A stretch of 56,048 bases of DNA, taken from the IMG/VR virus record IMGVR_UViG_3300032286_000209, positions 1 through 56,048 of that record; one strand, written 5' to 3'. Made by a program: the position numbers and the translations under genes. Every line of letters starts with the position of its first letter. Within the stretch, counting starts at the first letter, position 1. Positions 26,935 to 35,140 of the stretch are shown here, one piece after another. Below the pieces are notes generated by a model. That model was not told the origin of the DNA. It saw only the letters and a list, made by a program, of their open reading frames with translations, and did no database searches. Origin of the DNA: a virus (Duplodnaviria > Caudoviricetes).

Positions 26935-28035
26935 TTAAACAAATCCTCGCATTCTCGCCGCCACTGTAGCACCCTTGAGTGTGTGCTTCATGTAGGGAGC
27001 AACGCTCTGTGGTGTGGCATGGCCTGTCATAGCCATGATGTTAGGCAGAGGCACTTCTGCCTCTATCATCTCAGTAACTGCTGTCCTTCGCAGATCCATG
27101 AGCAGGATGGCTTTGGGTATGCCAGCCCTCTTCATTATTCTACTGCCAATTCTAGCCAGTGAGTTAGCACTGTACGGAAGTAGCCCACCCTTCTGATCTC
27201 TGATGGTGCTGGGTGCTATGTACTGCTGCCACCCAAAGTCTTTGTGCTGCTGCTCCAGCATCTCCCGCAGGTTCTCAGATGTAGGCAAGGACACACTAGC
27301 CCCTCGCTTACTCTGCTCAAGGGACAGTGTACCTGTGCCACTGTCGTAGTTGCTCCACTTGAGCAGCCTGACATCACCTAGCCGCTGTCCCCACTCATAT
27401 GCCATCTGCACTATGAGTCCTACATTACGCAGCCTGAACTCGCTGTATGCCACCGTCAGGAACGCAGCCACATGTTCCTTCTCCCACACCACCTTGCGCT
27501 GCTTATCTGCTCGTCTAAGTATGTGTGTGAATGGGTTGTGTGTGGTGTATCCATTGCGGATGGCGTGATTGAACAGCAGCTTGTACACAGCTAGGCTGTG
27601 GTTGGCTAGGCTCACACTGCTGGTGGCATGGGTGTCATAGATACGCTGACACATAGGGGTTAGGATGTCGCCCAGCTTAGCCTTAGCTAGGGGTACACCA
27701 CCCACCCTATCATTCAGCCAGCGAGACAGATAGTAGTCGTAGTCTGATCGCGTCTTATACTCAAGCTTCTGAAAGCCTAAACTATCTCTGTAATTTATTA
27801 GCAGATCAGTTACAGTGGATGTGCTAGATAAATTTTTAAGACGCTTACGCTCTCCGCGCCACTCATCCAAGATTTTATTCTGCTCATCAGCATACTTGTA
27901 AGCAATTTTCCAATTGTTACCCAGCGATTTACTCTCCACCACCCCTGCCTGAATAGCAGAAGATGGTGGATTATATCGATAGATAACACCAGTTGGTTTA
28001 ACTTCTCGCATTAGGTAGCGGGGAAGATTACTCAC
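26935..28035 (-). CDS. Tyrosine recombinase / integrase
   Basis: WGQRLGDVRLL (R), EQSKRG (K), DLRRTA, TGH...V..Y catalytic set; N-terminal Arm-like YRYNPP. Confidence 0.88.
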   Translation of the reverse strand: MSNLPRYLMREVKPTGVIYRYNPPSSAIQAGVVESKSLGNNWKIAYKYADEQNKILDEWRGERKRLKNLSSTSTVTDLLINYRDSLGFQKLEYKTRSDYDYYLSRWLNDRVGGVPLAKAKLGDILTPMCQRIYDTHATSSVSLANHSLAVYKLLFNHAIRNGYTTHNPFTHILRRADKQRKVVWEKEHVAAFLTVAYSEFRLRNVGLIVQMAYEWGQRLGDVRLLKWSNYDSGTGTLSLEQSKRGASVSLPTSENLREMLEQQHKDFGWQQYIAPSTIRDQKGGLLPYSANSLARIGSRIMKRAGIPKAILLMDLRRTAVTEMIEAEVPLPNIMAMTGHATPQSVAPYMKHTLKGATVAARMRGFV

Positions 28036-28909
28036 CTACAATCTCCTCTGTCATAGGCTCAGGAATCCGAACAGTTCCCATGTCATACAGCTTCTCAGCC
28101 ATGTCCAGCAACTCATCCCGTTTAGCCAGTGCCTTTAGCCACCGCTTAGGGATGTCCTTGTAGCCATACATAGCACCAGCCATCATGCCTGTCACTGCAC
28201 CTACAGTGTCTGCATCATAGCCCTTGTTCACAGCATGCACCACAGCATCCTCAAAGCATGTGTTCATGTAGCATGATTGGGACGCTTGAACATAAGCATG
28301 CATGATGGTTCCGCTGTTGTCTCTGCCGCTGCTACGGATGTTGAAGCTGCGAAGTTTGTTGTAGTTGGTGAACATCTTACCAGCCATACATTCAGCAATG
28401 AAAGCTGCTGTGTACCGGACAACATCAGGACTACCATGAGTCATCAGCGACACAGCAACACCCTCAGCAATAGCCATCCCCACAGTGTCGTGGTTGGCTA
28501 GCATGATGGGGGCCAGCCGCATGATGGAGCCGTTTCCGCTGGCTCTCAGGTCTGCACTGGCAGCATAGGGAAACTCAGATGTCATCCGGTCAATAGCACC
28601 GGAGCAGGTACGGCCTATGTCAAAGACATAATCTCTTGTGCCGAAGTGTCCGCTCTTTTTCCATGTCTTGAAGTTGTTGACAATCTCAGCAGGATCGAAG
28701 CAGCGGCTGGTGATGTAGGCTTGAGCAATGCAGGTACTCATAGCACCATCATCGCTGTATTCTCCAACTTCCATGCTATGCACACCACCACCTGTCATCT
28801 CGCTATGTACACCTTTTATCTCATGTGGACGAAGAAATTCTAAGGGGGCTCCTAAAGCGTCCCCGATATATAAGCCCATAAACATTCCAATTGCTTTATC
28901 TTTTTGCAT
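28028..28909 (-). CDS. ADP-ribosylglycohydrolase (DraG/ARH family)
   Basis: GDALGAP, YSDD, FDIGRT, GNGSIMRLAP, TH, GYDADTVGAVTG...GA.YG. Confidence 0.93.
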   Translation of the reverse strand: MQKDKAIGMFMGLYIGDALGAPLEFLRPHEIKGVHSEMTGGGVHSMEVGEYSDDGAMSTCIAQAYITSRCFDPAEIVNNFKTWKKSGHFGTRDYVFDIGRTCSGAIDRMTSEFPYAASADLRASGNGSIMRLAPIMLANHDTVGMAIAEGVAVSLMTHGSPDVVRYTAAFIAECMAGKMFTNYNKLRSFNIRSSGRDNSGTIMHAYVQASQSCYMNTCFEDAVVHAVNKGYDADTVGAVTGMMAGAMYGYKDIPKRWLKALAKRDELLDMAEKLYDMGTVRIPEPMTEEIVGE

Positions 28910-28932
28910 TGTGTTCCTTTAAAACAGATTCT

Positions 28933-29130
28933 TTAGTCAGCATTAACTTTCAAGTGAGTTAGATAGCCCCGAAGACGGGTGATCTGTGCTGTGCGGTAGA
29001 CGATGATGGAGTCAGCGTATTCCGCTGCTGTCTCTGCCTCAAGCAGGGAAAGCTCAGCCTCTGCTAGCTCAGCACTCACCGATTCCAGCACAGTGATTTG
29101 TTTAAATATTTTGCGAATGAATTGATGCAT
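28933..29130 (-). CDS. Hypothetical protein
   Basis: ELAEAELSLLEAETAAEYA...ITRLR; start MHQF with SD AGGA. Confidence 0.65.
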   Translation of the reverse strand: MHQFIRKIFKQITVLESVSAELAEAELSLLEAETAAEYADSIIVYRTAQITRLRGYLTHLKVNAD

Positions 29131-29222
29131 GATGTGTTTCCTGAAATAAAAGAGAGGAAACCATGCCATAAGAGTCGATAGCTATCGCCATTCTCTTTGA
29201 TGACACGGCCTCCTGAAAAGGT

Positions 29223-29403
29223 GGAGGAAAGCTACGCTGGGTTGACCCTTTAAATCAGGTGGCAACCAAGACCACTACGCCAGCTACCGACTGACCGCCG
29301 CTCCGCAGTCCCTTGTATCGGCAGCTTCCCTCCGAAAGGTGGGGTACTCACCACGCTGGTTGATCTGTGCTAGTAACGGCGCACTCCAGCATAGCTTTCC
29401 CCC
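29223..29403 (-). ncRNA. Candidate structured non-coding RNA (two domains with an alternative long-range pairing)
   Basis: Multiple GC-rich stems with G-U pairs on the minus strand; 18-bp terminal inverted repeat; GAA/AGUA loop-E-like internal loop. Confidence 0.55.
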
Positions 29404-29419
29404 GAAACCTGCCTAAAAA

Positions 29420-30358
29420 TTAGGCAACTGCTGTCTCGGCAACATCCCAACCGTAGGGGATAGTCTCCTCTACCCAAGCACCACAGTAGTCTTCAGCCAT
29501 TGTCCACAACTCGCTGTTGACACGGATCCCCTCAGACACACTGCTGATGGGACGGGCTTTACGCATCAGTCCACCATTGTTGGCGTTGGCCTTGGTGACA
29601 CTACGAACAAACGCATTGCCCCGCACCACCGCTTCCTGAATACGATTGAACACAGTGAATGCATCCATGTAATCGTCTTCGTTACGCTGCACCGTCAGTG
29701 CATCCCGCACCGTCTTCTCTGTGGCATAGGAGCCAAAGGGAACACCATCGGTGGAATAGGGCATGTCTGTGATAACATCATCAAACATTTTCCAGCGGGT
29801 CTGAACACCCTTACGGGCCATCTCCACAGCATCACCGTACATCAGCTTGGTAGAGCGCAGCTTTTCGATACGCTCCATCAGCAGGGGCAGCGAATCAACT
29901 GTGCTAGCCAGCATATCTTCGAAGCCGTTGATGGCCTTAGCATTGTGGTACATACGGGATTGGAACCCGTCACCAGCAACGATGCCGTTGGAGCAGATGA
30001 AGCGGAAGCAGCCAGCAAACAAACGCACACTGCTGGATCCATCATGGCTGTTGTACAGAATAATCTCAGGGCGAACATCACCGATGATGTCCTGAGTGTG
30101 GTAGGTTTTAGCGAAGCTCAGCATGTGGCTGGAGTGCTGTGCCTCACCCTTGCGGCTCTTCTTCTGAGCAGCTTGCATGGGGAAGTAGCCGAAGTCTGCC
30201 AACACAGGTAGCAATTGGGCAGTGTTCAGCGAAGCGTAACGCTCCGACAAACCGTCTGCTTTGGTGCTGCTGAATACAGCGGGAGCCAACTGCTGGATAC
30301 GCTCATTGGTCAGAGCGGTGTTGTTGACATTGCGGGAGAAGATGAGATGCTTTTGCAT
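29420..30358 (-). CDS. DUF932-family protein
   Basis: APAVF...SERY...PEIILYNSHDGSSS...AGCFRFICSNG...FNRIQE. Confidence 0.85.
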   Translation of the reverse strand: MQKHLIFSRNVNNTALTNERIQQLAPAVFSSTKADGLSERYASLNTAQLLPVLADFGYFPMQAAQKKSRKGEAQHSSHMLSFAKTYHTQDIIGDVRPEIILYNSHDGSSSVRLFAGCFRFICSNGIVAGDGFQSRMYHNAKAINGFEDMLASTVDSLPLLMERIEKLRSTKLMYGDAVEMARKGVQTRWKMFDDVITDMPYSTDGVPFGSYATEKTVRDALTVQRNEDDYMDAFTVFNRIQEAVVRGNAFVRSVTKANANNGGLMRKARPISSVSEGIRVNSELWTMAEDYCGAWVEETIPYGWDVAETAVA

Positions 30359-30405
30359 ACGAAAGTTCCTTAAAGGATAGGTTGAACACGAAATAAAGCG
30401 GCGTT

Positions 30406-30433
30406 AATTTACCACTTTCCACAGGGCTGTCAA
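30406..30433 (-). promoter_or_regulatory. Sigma70-like promoter with the -35 inside an inverted repeat
   Basis: TTGACA-16 nt-TAAATT with extended TG; ACAGGG/CCCTGT arms flank the -35. Confidence 0.65.
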
Positions 30434-30454
30434 GTCCCTGTAGAAAATGTCCTA

Positions 30455-30685
30455 CTATTTCGTAGGGCTATTGGCCTTTCTAACCAGCGGTATCACAGGA
30501 GTGAACGCTGCTAGGTGGCACACATCACCAAACATGTTGGTGCAGTAGCTGTACATGCCATCGATGTGATCGAAGCGGTACACATGTCCGGTGCTTGTTG
30601 ATTTGATGTAGCTGTTGTTGGGTAGCTTGTACAGCAACTCCACGGGTAGCTGTTCAAAATCGTTGATGTCTACTTCGCTAATCAT
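30455..30685 (-). CDS. Hypothetical protein
   Basis: MISEVDIND...FDHIDGMYSYC...HLAAFTPV; SD AAGGA. Confidence 0.7.
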   Translation of the reverse strand: MISEVDINDFEQLPVELLYKLPNNSYIKSTSTGHVYRFDHIDGMYSYCTNMFGDVCHLAAFTPVIPLVRKANSPTK

Positions 30686-30686
30686 A

Positions 30687-30854
30687 TTATTCCTTTGTGT
30701 TAAGTTGTTGGTGGTGATGGATGTCGAGCAATAGCTCCTGCTTACCAGCAGCATATCCCCTGTCGTAGTCAGCCTGAGCCAGTGACAAATCACCGAAGTC
30801 TGCTCTCGCTGCTGCCCTGTAGCCACATATAAATCCGTATTCGTAGAATGACAT
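30687..30854 (-). CDS. Hypothetical protein (55 aa)
   Basis: Read manually: MSFYEYGFICGY...YDRGYAAG; SD GAGG. Confidence 0.55.
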   Translation of the reverse strand: MSFYEYGFICGYRAAARADFGDLSLAQADYDRGYAAGKQELLLDIHHHQQLNTKE

Positions 30855-30857
30855 ACA

Positions 30858-31295
30858 TCACCCCTCAAACTGGTATGAGGCCATCAATCGCTTACCTGCC
30901 TTGTTCCTACCCATATCCACTATAGCTCCATCCACTACAGCAAGAGCATGCTTTGTTATCACAACAACATACCGCCCTTTGGGGTGACGCTCAAGGAATG
31001 TCTCCAGTGTCATGCCCTGTGGACGGAATGGAACGCTGTGCTTCTGAGACAGCCGCCGCATTCTCTCACCGTAGTAGGTGACATCGAAAGCACCAGCCAT
31101 CTTGTACACCTTGTCCAGTGCATCCCAAGGTGTGCCTCTGCCCCGTGGCCTACCCTCTTGAGACATGAGACGCAGTGCCACAGGGTAGGGGTAAGCACCT
31201 ACATTGGCAATTGCTCTCACAGCGCAGTCATTCTTTTCGACAATGCCGAAGTCAGCGGGTATGTAACCACCATCTTTGGATACGATGTATTTCAT
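30858..31295 (-). CDS. Putative papain/C39-like peptidase-fold protein
   Basis: NDCAVRA (Cys) ... KHALAVVDG (His/Asp). Confidence 0.5.
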   Translation of the reverse strand: MKYIVSKDGGYIPADFGIVEKNDCAVRAIANVGAYPYPVALRLMSQEGRPRGRGTPWDALDKVYKMAGAFDVTYYGERMRRLSQKHSVPFRPQGMTLETFLERHPKGRYVVVITKHALAVVDGAIVDMGRNKAGKRLMASYQFEG

Positions 31296-31319
31296 ATGTT
31301 TCCTTTCAGGAATGAGAAG

Positions 31320-31589
31320 TTAAACAGTTGGTTGGTAGCTTTCGTAAGACCTAATCTTGCTGGCCTTATCGGTGTGTTTGTAAACAAACTTTATCTTAAC
31401 ATCCCTTTGGTGTAGCTCTTGGCAGAGCAGCCCCAAGTCACAGTCTTCCTCTAGGTACACATTGTCCCGTAGCTGGTAGCTGTAGTCGCTTACACCCTGA
31501 GCCAGCCCTAGGTTGTCTATGACCTGACGCTTCACCTTACCCCATGAGTGTGCTGGGTCTGAGTACATTATGATGGTGAATGTCTTCAT
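31320..31589 (-). CDS. Conserved phage early protein
   Basis: DPAHSW...SDYSY...VYLEEDCD...IRSY. Confidence 0.7.
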   Translation of the reverse strand: MKTFTIIMYSDPAHSWGKVKRQVIDNLGLAQGVSDYSYQLRDNVYLEEDCDLGLLCQELHQRDVKIKFVYKHTDKASKIRSYESYQPTV

Positions 31590-31810
31590 GCATATTCCCC
31601 TGCTGTGTTACGCTTCTTGATGGCCTTGTTGATGGCGGGATATGGAGTAGGCTCCAGCAGCACATCGTATCCCAATCGGGCTATGTTAGCCAGTGCTGCC
31701 ACCGTCAGTGTCTTCGTGCCACAGAGGGCAGCGAAGAGCAGAGCTTTGTCGCAGATCGGGTACGCTGTAGGTACGCCGTAGTTTTCTTTGATGTGAATAG
31801 AAATTTGCAT
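31586..31810 (-). CDS. Conserved phage early protein
   Basis: YGVPTAYPIC..A..FAAL.GTKTLT...LGY. Confidence 0.7.
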   Translation of the reverse strand: MQISIHIKENYGVPTAYPICDKALLFAALCGTKTLTVAALANIARLGYDVLLEPTPYPAINKAIKKRNTAGEYA

Positions 31811-31812
31811 AA

Positions 31813-32196
31813 TTACCACCATGAATAATAAAAAACTGCATCACCATCAAGCAAAGCTTGCTTGGCATCTTCGATAAATTTTTCTGTCTTCTCCACATCC
31901 TCTGAATACATCGTGTCACCACCGAAGAAAAACCCCGGTGTATGTACCAATTGACGCTTGCCCAGTGCATCCTTAAGCCGATCCAAATCAGCCTGTTCCA
32001 GCCTGACATATACACAATTGAATTCGTCAGTGCCACCCTTCTCTTTATAGAGAGCCTCCATCCAACCATGCAGATGATTGAACTTACGCCAATAGGCTAT
32101 CTCAACTCGCTCAATATCATCAGACCAGTCAGCCATAGTTTGGGTGTCGCCAGCCTCTTTCGCTTTCATCTTGAAAGCATACATATCTAAGCCCAT
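31813..32196 (-). CDS. Conserved phage early protein
   Basis: MGLDMY...YWRKFNHLHGW...FNC...GFFFG...YYSWW. Confidence 0.8.
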   Translation of the reverse strand: MGLDMYAFKMKAKEAGDTQTMADWSDDIERVEIAYWRKFNHLHGWMEALYKEKGGTDEFNCVYVRLEQADLDRLKDALGKRQLVHTPGFFFGGDTMYSEDVEKTEKFIEDAKQALLDGDAVFYYSWW

Positions 32197-32197
32197 A

Positions 32198-32440
32198 TCA
32201 GTGTCCTTTCAGGTAGTGTCGTGAATAAACAATATCGCCATCGAATTCTTCCGGTATTACATAGTCTCCGGTGTGGTTGTTGGCATCGATGTAGGCTTCG
32301 ATGTCGGCCTCTAGCATGTGCCTCTTCTCATGTATCACATTAATGATGCACATCTTAGCACCGAAGCCGTGTCCTATGGAGAACTGGCCCATCTCCATCT
32401 CGCCAAACCATACCATCACAGGGGTGTTGTTGTCACTCAT
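32198..32440 (-). CDS. Hypothetical protein
   Basis: Closely spaced ORF in the early operon. Confidence 0.55.
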   Translation of the reverse strand: MSDNNTPVMVWFGEMEMGQFSIGHGFGAKMCIINVIHEKRHMLEADIEAYIDANNHTGDYVIPEEFDGDIVYSRHYLKGH

Positions 32441-32441
32441 G

Positions 32442-32711
32442 TTACATCCTTGTATATGTTAGCTCTTCAGCGGGTTGCAGGGACATCTTATCTTCCATGA
32501 TGTCAAAGAGCAAAGCTTTCGCTTTGTTCAAGGCCCAGCTTGCTCTCTCCACATCATCCCTCGCCATCAATTCCTGAGCATCTGACATCAGAGATGCTAC
32601 CACCATCCCACCACCGCTGAATCGGTAGGTCATGCTGCGCTTTACAGAGGCTTTGAATTCTTCAATGTCGCAGCCATATACTATTCTTGATTTTAAAAGC
32701 TCTTTTTTCAT
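32442..32711 (-). CDS. Hypothetical protein
   Basis: MSDAQE...LNKAK motif; preceded by the repeated SD hairpin. Confidence 0.7.
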   Translation of the reverse strand: MKKELLKSRIVYGCDIEEFKASVKRSMTYRFSGGGMVVASLMSDAQELMARDDVERASWALNKAKALLFDIMEDKMSLQPAEELTYTRM

Positions 32712-32722
32712 GTTGTTTCCTT

Positions 32723-32881
32723 TCAGGAAGTGGTGTGTTGTTCTTCAGACTGCGCCCCAATTGCGTCCAGTACAGAGATTGCGTCTTCAATGGCAGCAAT
32801 GCCATCCTCTTTATTACCTACGGTAAGATCGTAGAGAGCAGCGTGGAGCAATTCCCACACAAGGCTTTCTGAAACTGTCAT
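32723..32881 (-). CDS. Hypothetical protein
   Basis: Start MTVSE after TTCCTAAAGGAAACAAC. Confidence 0.6.
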   Translation of the reverse strand: MTVSESLVWELLHAALYDLTVGNKEDGIAAIEDAISVLDAIGAQSEEQHTTS

Positions 32882-32953
32882 GTTGTTTCCTTTAGGAACG
32901 GTGCAAAATTGCAACCAGTAACAGTCCTGTCACGGCTGTTACAAGGGCAACTC

Positions 32954-33352
32954 TTACAGAGACAGAGAGTAAATGTAGCCCACCTTGATGCCATTGGCAT
33001 TCGGAGCAACCAGCATCGTAGCACTACGGCTCTTCAGCATGGGCAACTCTGTTGCTGAGCTTACAAAGGTGCTGTACTTGTAGGGGTTGTATGTAACCCT
33101 AGTACCCATCGTCACATACCGCTCTATGACAGCCGGTGCAGTGTCCCCTAGCCATGTGCCACAGACACCAGCATGGACATTCTTGCGCTGCTCTCGCAGC
33201 ACTCGCTGCCGCCCTGCCTCGCTCACTTTGTAGGTGCAATCGTATAGCTGCACCTCATGCTTGTGGGCTATCACTCGCCCTTTGTTCACACCCTCAAGGG
33301 CTTTGATAGAGAAGCACCGTAGGTGCAAATTGAAATAAACGAAAACTCGCAT
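32954..33352 (-). CDS. Conserved phage early protein
   Basis: VYFNLH...RQRVLREQRKNVHAG...YNPYK; start MRVF after the SD motif. Confidence 0.75.
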   Translation of the reverse strand: MRVFVYFNLHLRCFSIKALEGVNKGRVIAHKHEVQLYDCTYKVSEAGRQRVLREQRKNVHAGVCGTWLGDTAPAVIERYVTMGTRVTYNPYKYSTFVSSATELPMLKSRSATMLVAPNANGIKVGYIYSLSL

Positions 33353-33363
33353 GTTGTTTCCTT

Positions 33364-33654
33364 TCAGGAATAGTATTGTGCTGACCAATCATCCATAAAT
33401 GCATTCACAGTGTGATCAACCACCGTCTCTTCATCTTCAAGGCCAAAGGCCGACACTCTTACCCATGCCAATCGATAGGTATTCTCAGCGTCTCGAATGT
33501 GGAGATGAAGCTCTGCTTCCTCAACGCTTTCGATGGCCTCTATAATTTCATTATAACCAGCGGACTTAGTTACTGCCCATTCCTCACCGTCAAATACACT
33601 TACAGTGTAGCCCTTAGCTAGGGTATATTTCACTAGGTTTTTGTACGCTTTCAT
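33364..33654 (-). CDS. Hypothetical protein
   Basis: GYTVSVFDGEEW motif; start MKAYK after the SD motif. Confidence 0.7.
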   Translation of the reverse strand: MKAYKNLVKYTLAKGYTVSVFDGEEWAVTKSAGYNEIIEAIESVEEAELHLHIRDAENTYRLAWVRVSAFGLEDEETVVDHTVNAFMDDWSAQYYS

Positions 33655-33909
33655 ATTGTTTCCTTTAGGAAGAAGTCTTTCAGACTGTTTGCTTGATAGA
33701 AGCCCTTTAGCCATGTGCCACAGAGCTTCTGAAAGCACCCACCGTCTAGCACCGACCCCGATGCCACTGTGGATGTCCTATGCATATTATCACCATGATA
33801 TGCTAGCATGGATGTCGGACATTACCCCGCCGACACCTAGACCCAGCCTATTTCAGCTCCGCTGTAGTGTTTGGGAAACACTATGCAAAGCATACTGACA
33901 CTGGAATAA

Positions 33910-33922
33910 ATTTTTAAAGAAC
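33910..33922 (-). promoter_or_regulatory. boxA-like antitermination element
   Basis: Minus strand GTTCTTTAAAAAT, preceded by a hairpin (33929-33962). Confidence 0.5.
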
Positions 33923-34019
33923 CCATCGAGAGAAGCTACGCTTCACAGCGAGGCTAAGCTCTATAGAGAAGATCTGATAACCCTCTGGAAAGCCCCTTAG
34001 GGCTTGCCGCAGTGCTATC

Positions 34020-34772
34020 TCAAGCTGCTATTGCAATCGGTATGACCTTACGGTCAAAGACAAAGCCGCTGTAATCGTTTTTCGCTTTGCCTTTGGCATA
34101 AAGAGCCACCACCACACCCTTATCCTCTAAGTGACGAATGTCACTGTTATCACCGCCAATCACTGGCATGCCCCGATGATTGTCGGGGATCGCTGCTACA
34201 TCACGGAAAACTGTCGCAATTCTCATACCCAATGCCACCGCTTTTTCAACAAAGGGCTGAAAGCCCTGCACCCCGCTGTCACTGAATGTCAGATCGTAAT
34301 TTGACGGAATAACCTTACGGTTAACATCTTTGGTGTAGTCATAGAATTGAACATCGGGGAAAGCAGCAAATATATTTGCATACTCTGTGCCATCGGCATC
34401 AGTAAAACCTACGGTTTCCCACCGAATGTCGGAAGTGCCATTCAACCGGATCAGTGGCACTAAGCTTTGCTTACGGGCTTTCTTTACCAATTTGCAAATA
34501 TCAACAACTAGTTGTTGCATGAAAGTGTTTCGCTCTTCGAAAAACCACACTGTCTTATTGACTCTAGCCTGAGCCACTGAATTCATAGCACCCCGTCCAG
34601 CGGTGAATAGGCATCCATTACCGCACTGTGCAATGCCAGCCATCGAACAAGTATTCCACTTTGTGGAAGTGTGTGGTGCTAGATACAGAATGCCGGTTAA
34701 GAAACCGAAGGTTTCACCCTTAACTGTCTTAGCATCAGAGCCGACAGAAAGCAAAGCTTTAGACTTGAACAT
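34020..34772 (-). CDS. Phage gp88-like protein with Cys cluster (radical-SAM-like)
   Basis: C-x7-C-x3-C, GRG, RLNGTSD, QFYDYTK, YDLTFS, SDIRH, AKG. Confidence 0.75.
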   Translation of the reverse strand: MFKSKALLSVGSDAKTVKGETFGFLTGILYLAPHTSTKWNTCSMAGIAQCGNGCLFTAGRGAMNSVAQARVNKTVWFFEERNTFMQQLVVDICKLVKKARKQSLVPLIRLNGTSDIRWETVGFTDADGTEYANIFAAFPDVQFYDYTKDVNRKVIPSNYDLTFSDSGVQGFQPFVEKAVALGMRIATVFRDVAAIPDNHRGMPVIGGDNSDIRHLEDKGVVVALYAKGKAKNDYSGFVFDRKVIPIAIAA

Positions 34773-34845
34773 ACCGTGTTTCCTTTCAGGAAGTGTGTGG
34801 CAAAATCGCCGTGAGAAACGCTACTATAGCAGATCAATAATGCCC

Positions 34846-35028
34846 TTACCGATTGTAGGTGATTTTGCTTTCAGCCAATGCCACCAAAGGTGTCAGAGCC
34901 AATGCCACTGCACTCATCATCAATAGGCCAGCGCTTTGCTCTGAGCCGTAGAATAACATGCTTGCCACAAAGAACACGAAGGCTTTGAACACCATGTAAA
35001 TCGAAAAACTGTAGTCGGCTTTTCTCAT
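34846..35028 (-). CDS. Small membrane protein, first gene of the early arm
   Basis: MRKADYSF followed by two hydrophobic helices. Confidence 0.55.
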   Translation of the reverse strand: MRKADYSFSIYMVFKAFVFFVASMLFYGSEQSAGLLMMSAVALALTPLVALAESKITYNR

Positions 35029-35030
35029 TT

Positions 35031-35116
35031 TTTGTCTTTCATTTTTTATTAAGAAGAAAGTATTTCCCCTTTTCATACTTAAAAGGGGATACTTTCTTCA
35101 AAAAATGAAAGACAAA
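35031..35116. repeat. Long imperfect hairpin 1 (36 bp, two bulges)
   Basis: 35031-47/35100-16, 35053-63/35089-99 and 35066-73/35081-88 are perfectly complementary. Confidence 0.92.
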
Positions 35117-35140
35117 GATTCGCGGGTGATGCGCGCAGAT

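Larger units (their letters stand above)
31300..34792 (-). repeat. Dispersed early-gene leader motif TTCCT(G)AAAGGAAAC (7 copies)
   Basis: Exact 13-mers at 31300, 32717, 33358, 34780; 1-nt-shorter copies at 32887, 33660; partial copy at 32204. Each lies just upstream of an ATG. Confidence 0.9.

Noticed and set aside
29223-29403. Cobalamin riboswitch or true tRNA
   Set aside because: No B12-box/GCCACTG core, no T-loop GTTC or anticodon arm; kept only as an unknown structured RNA.
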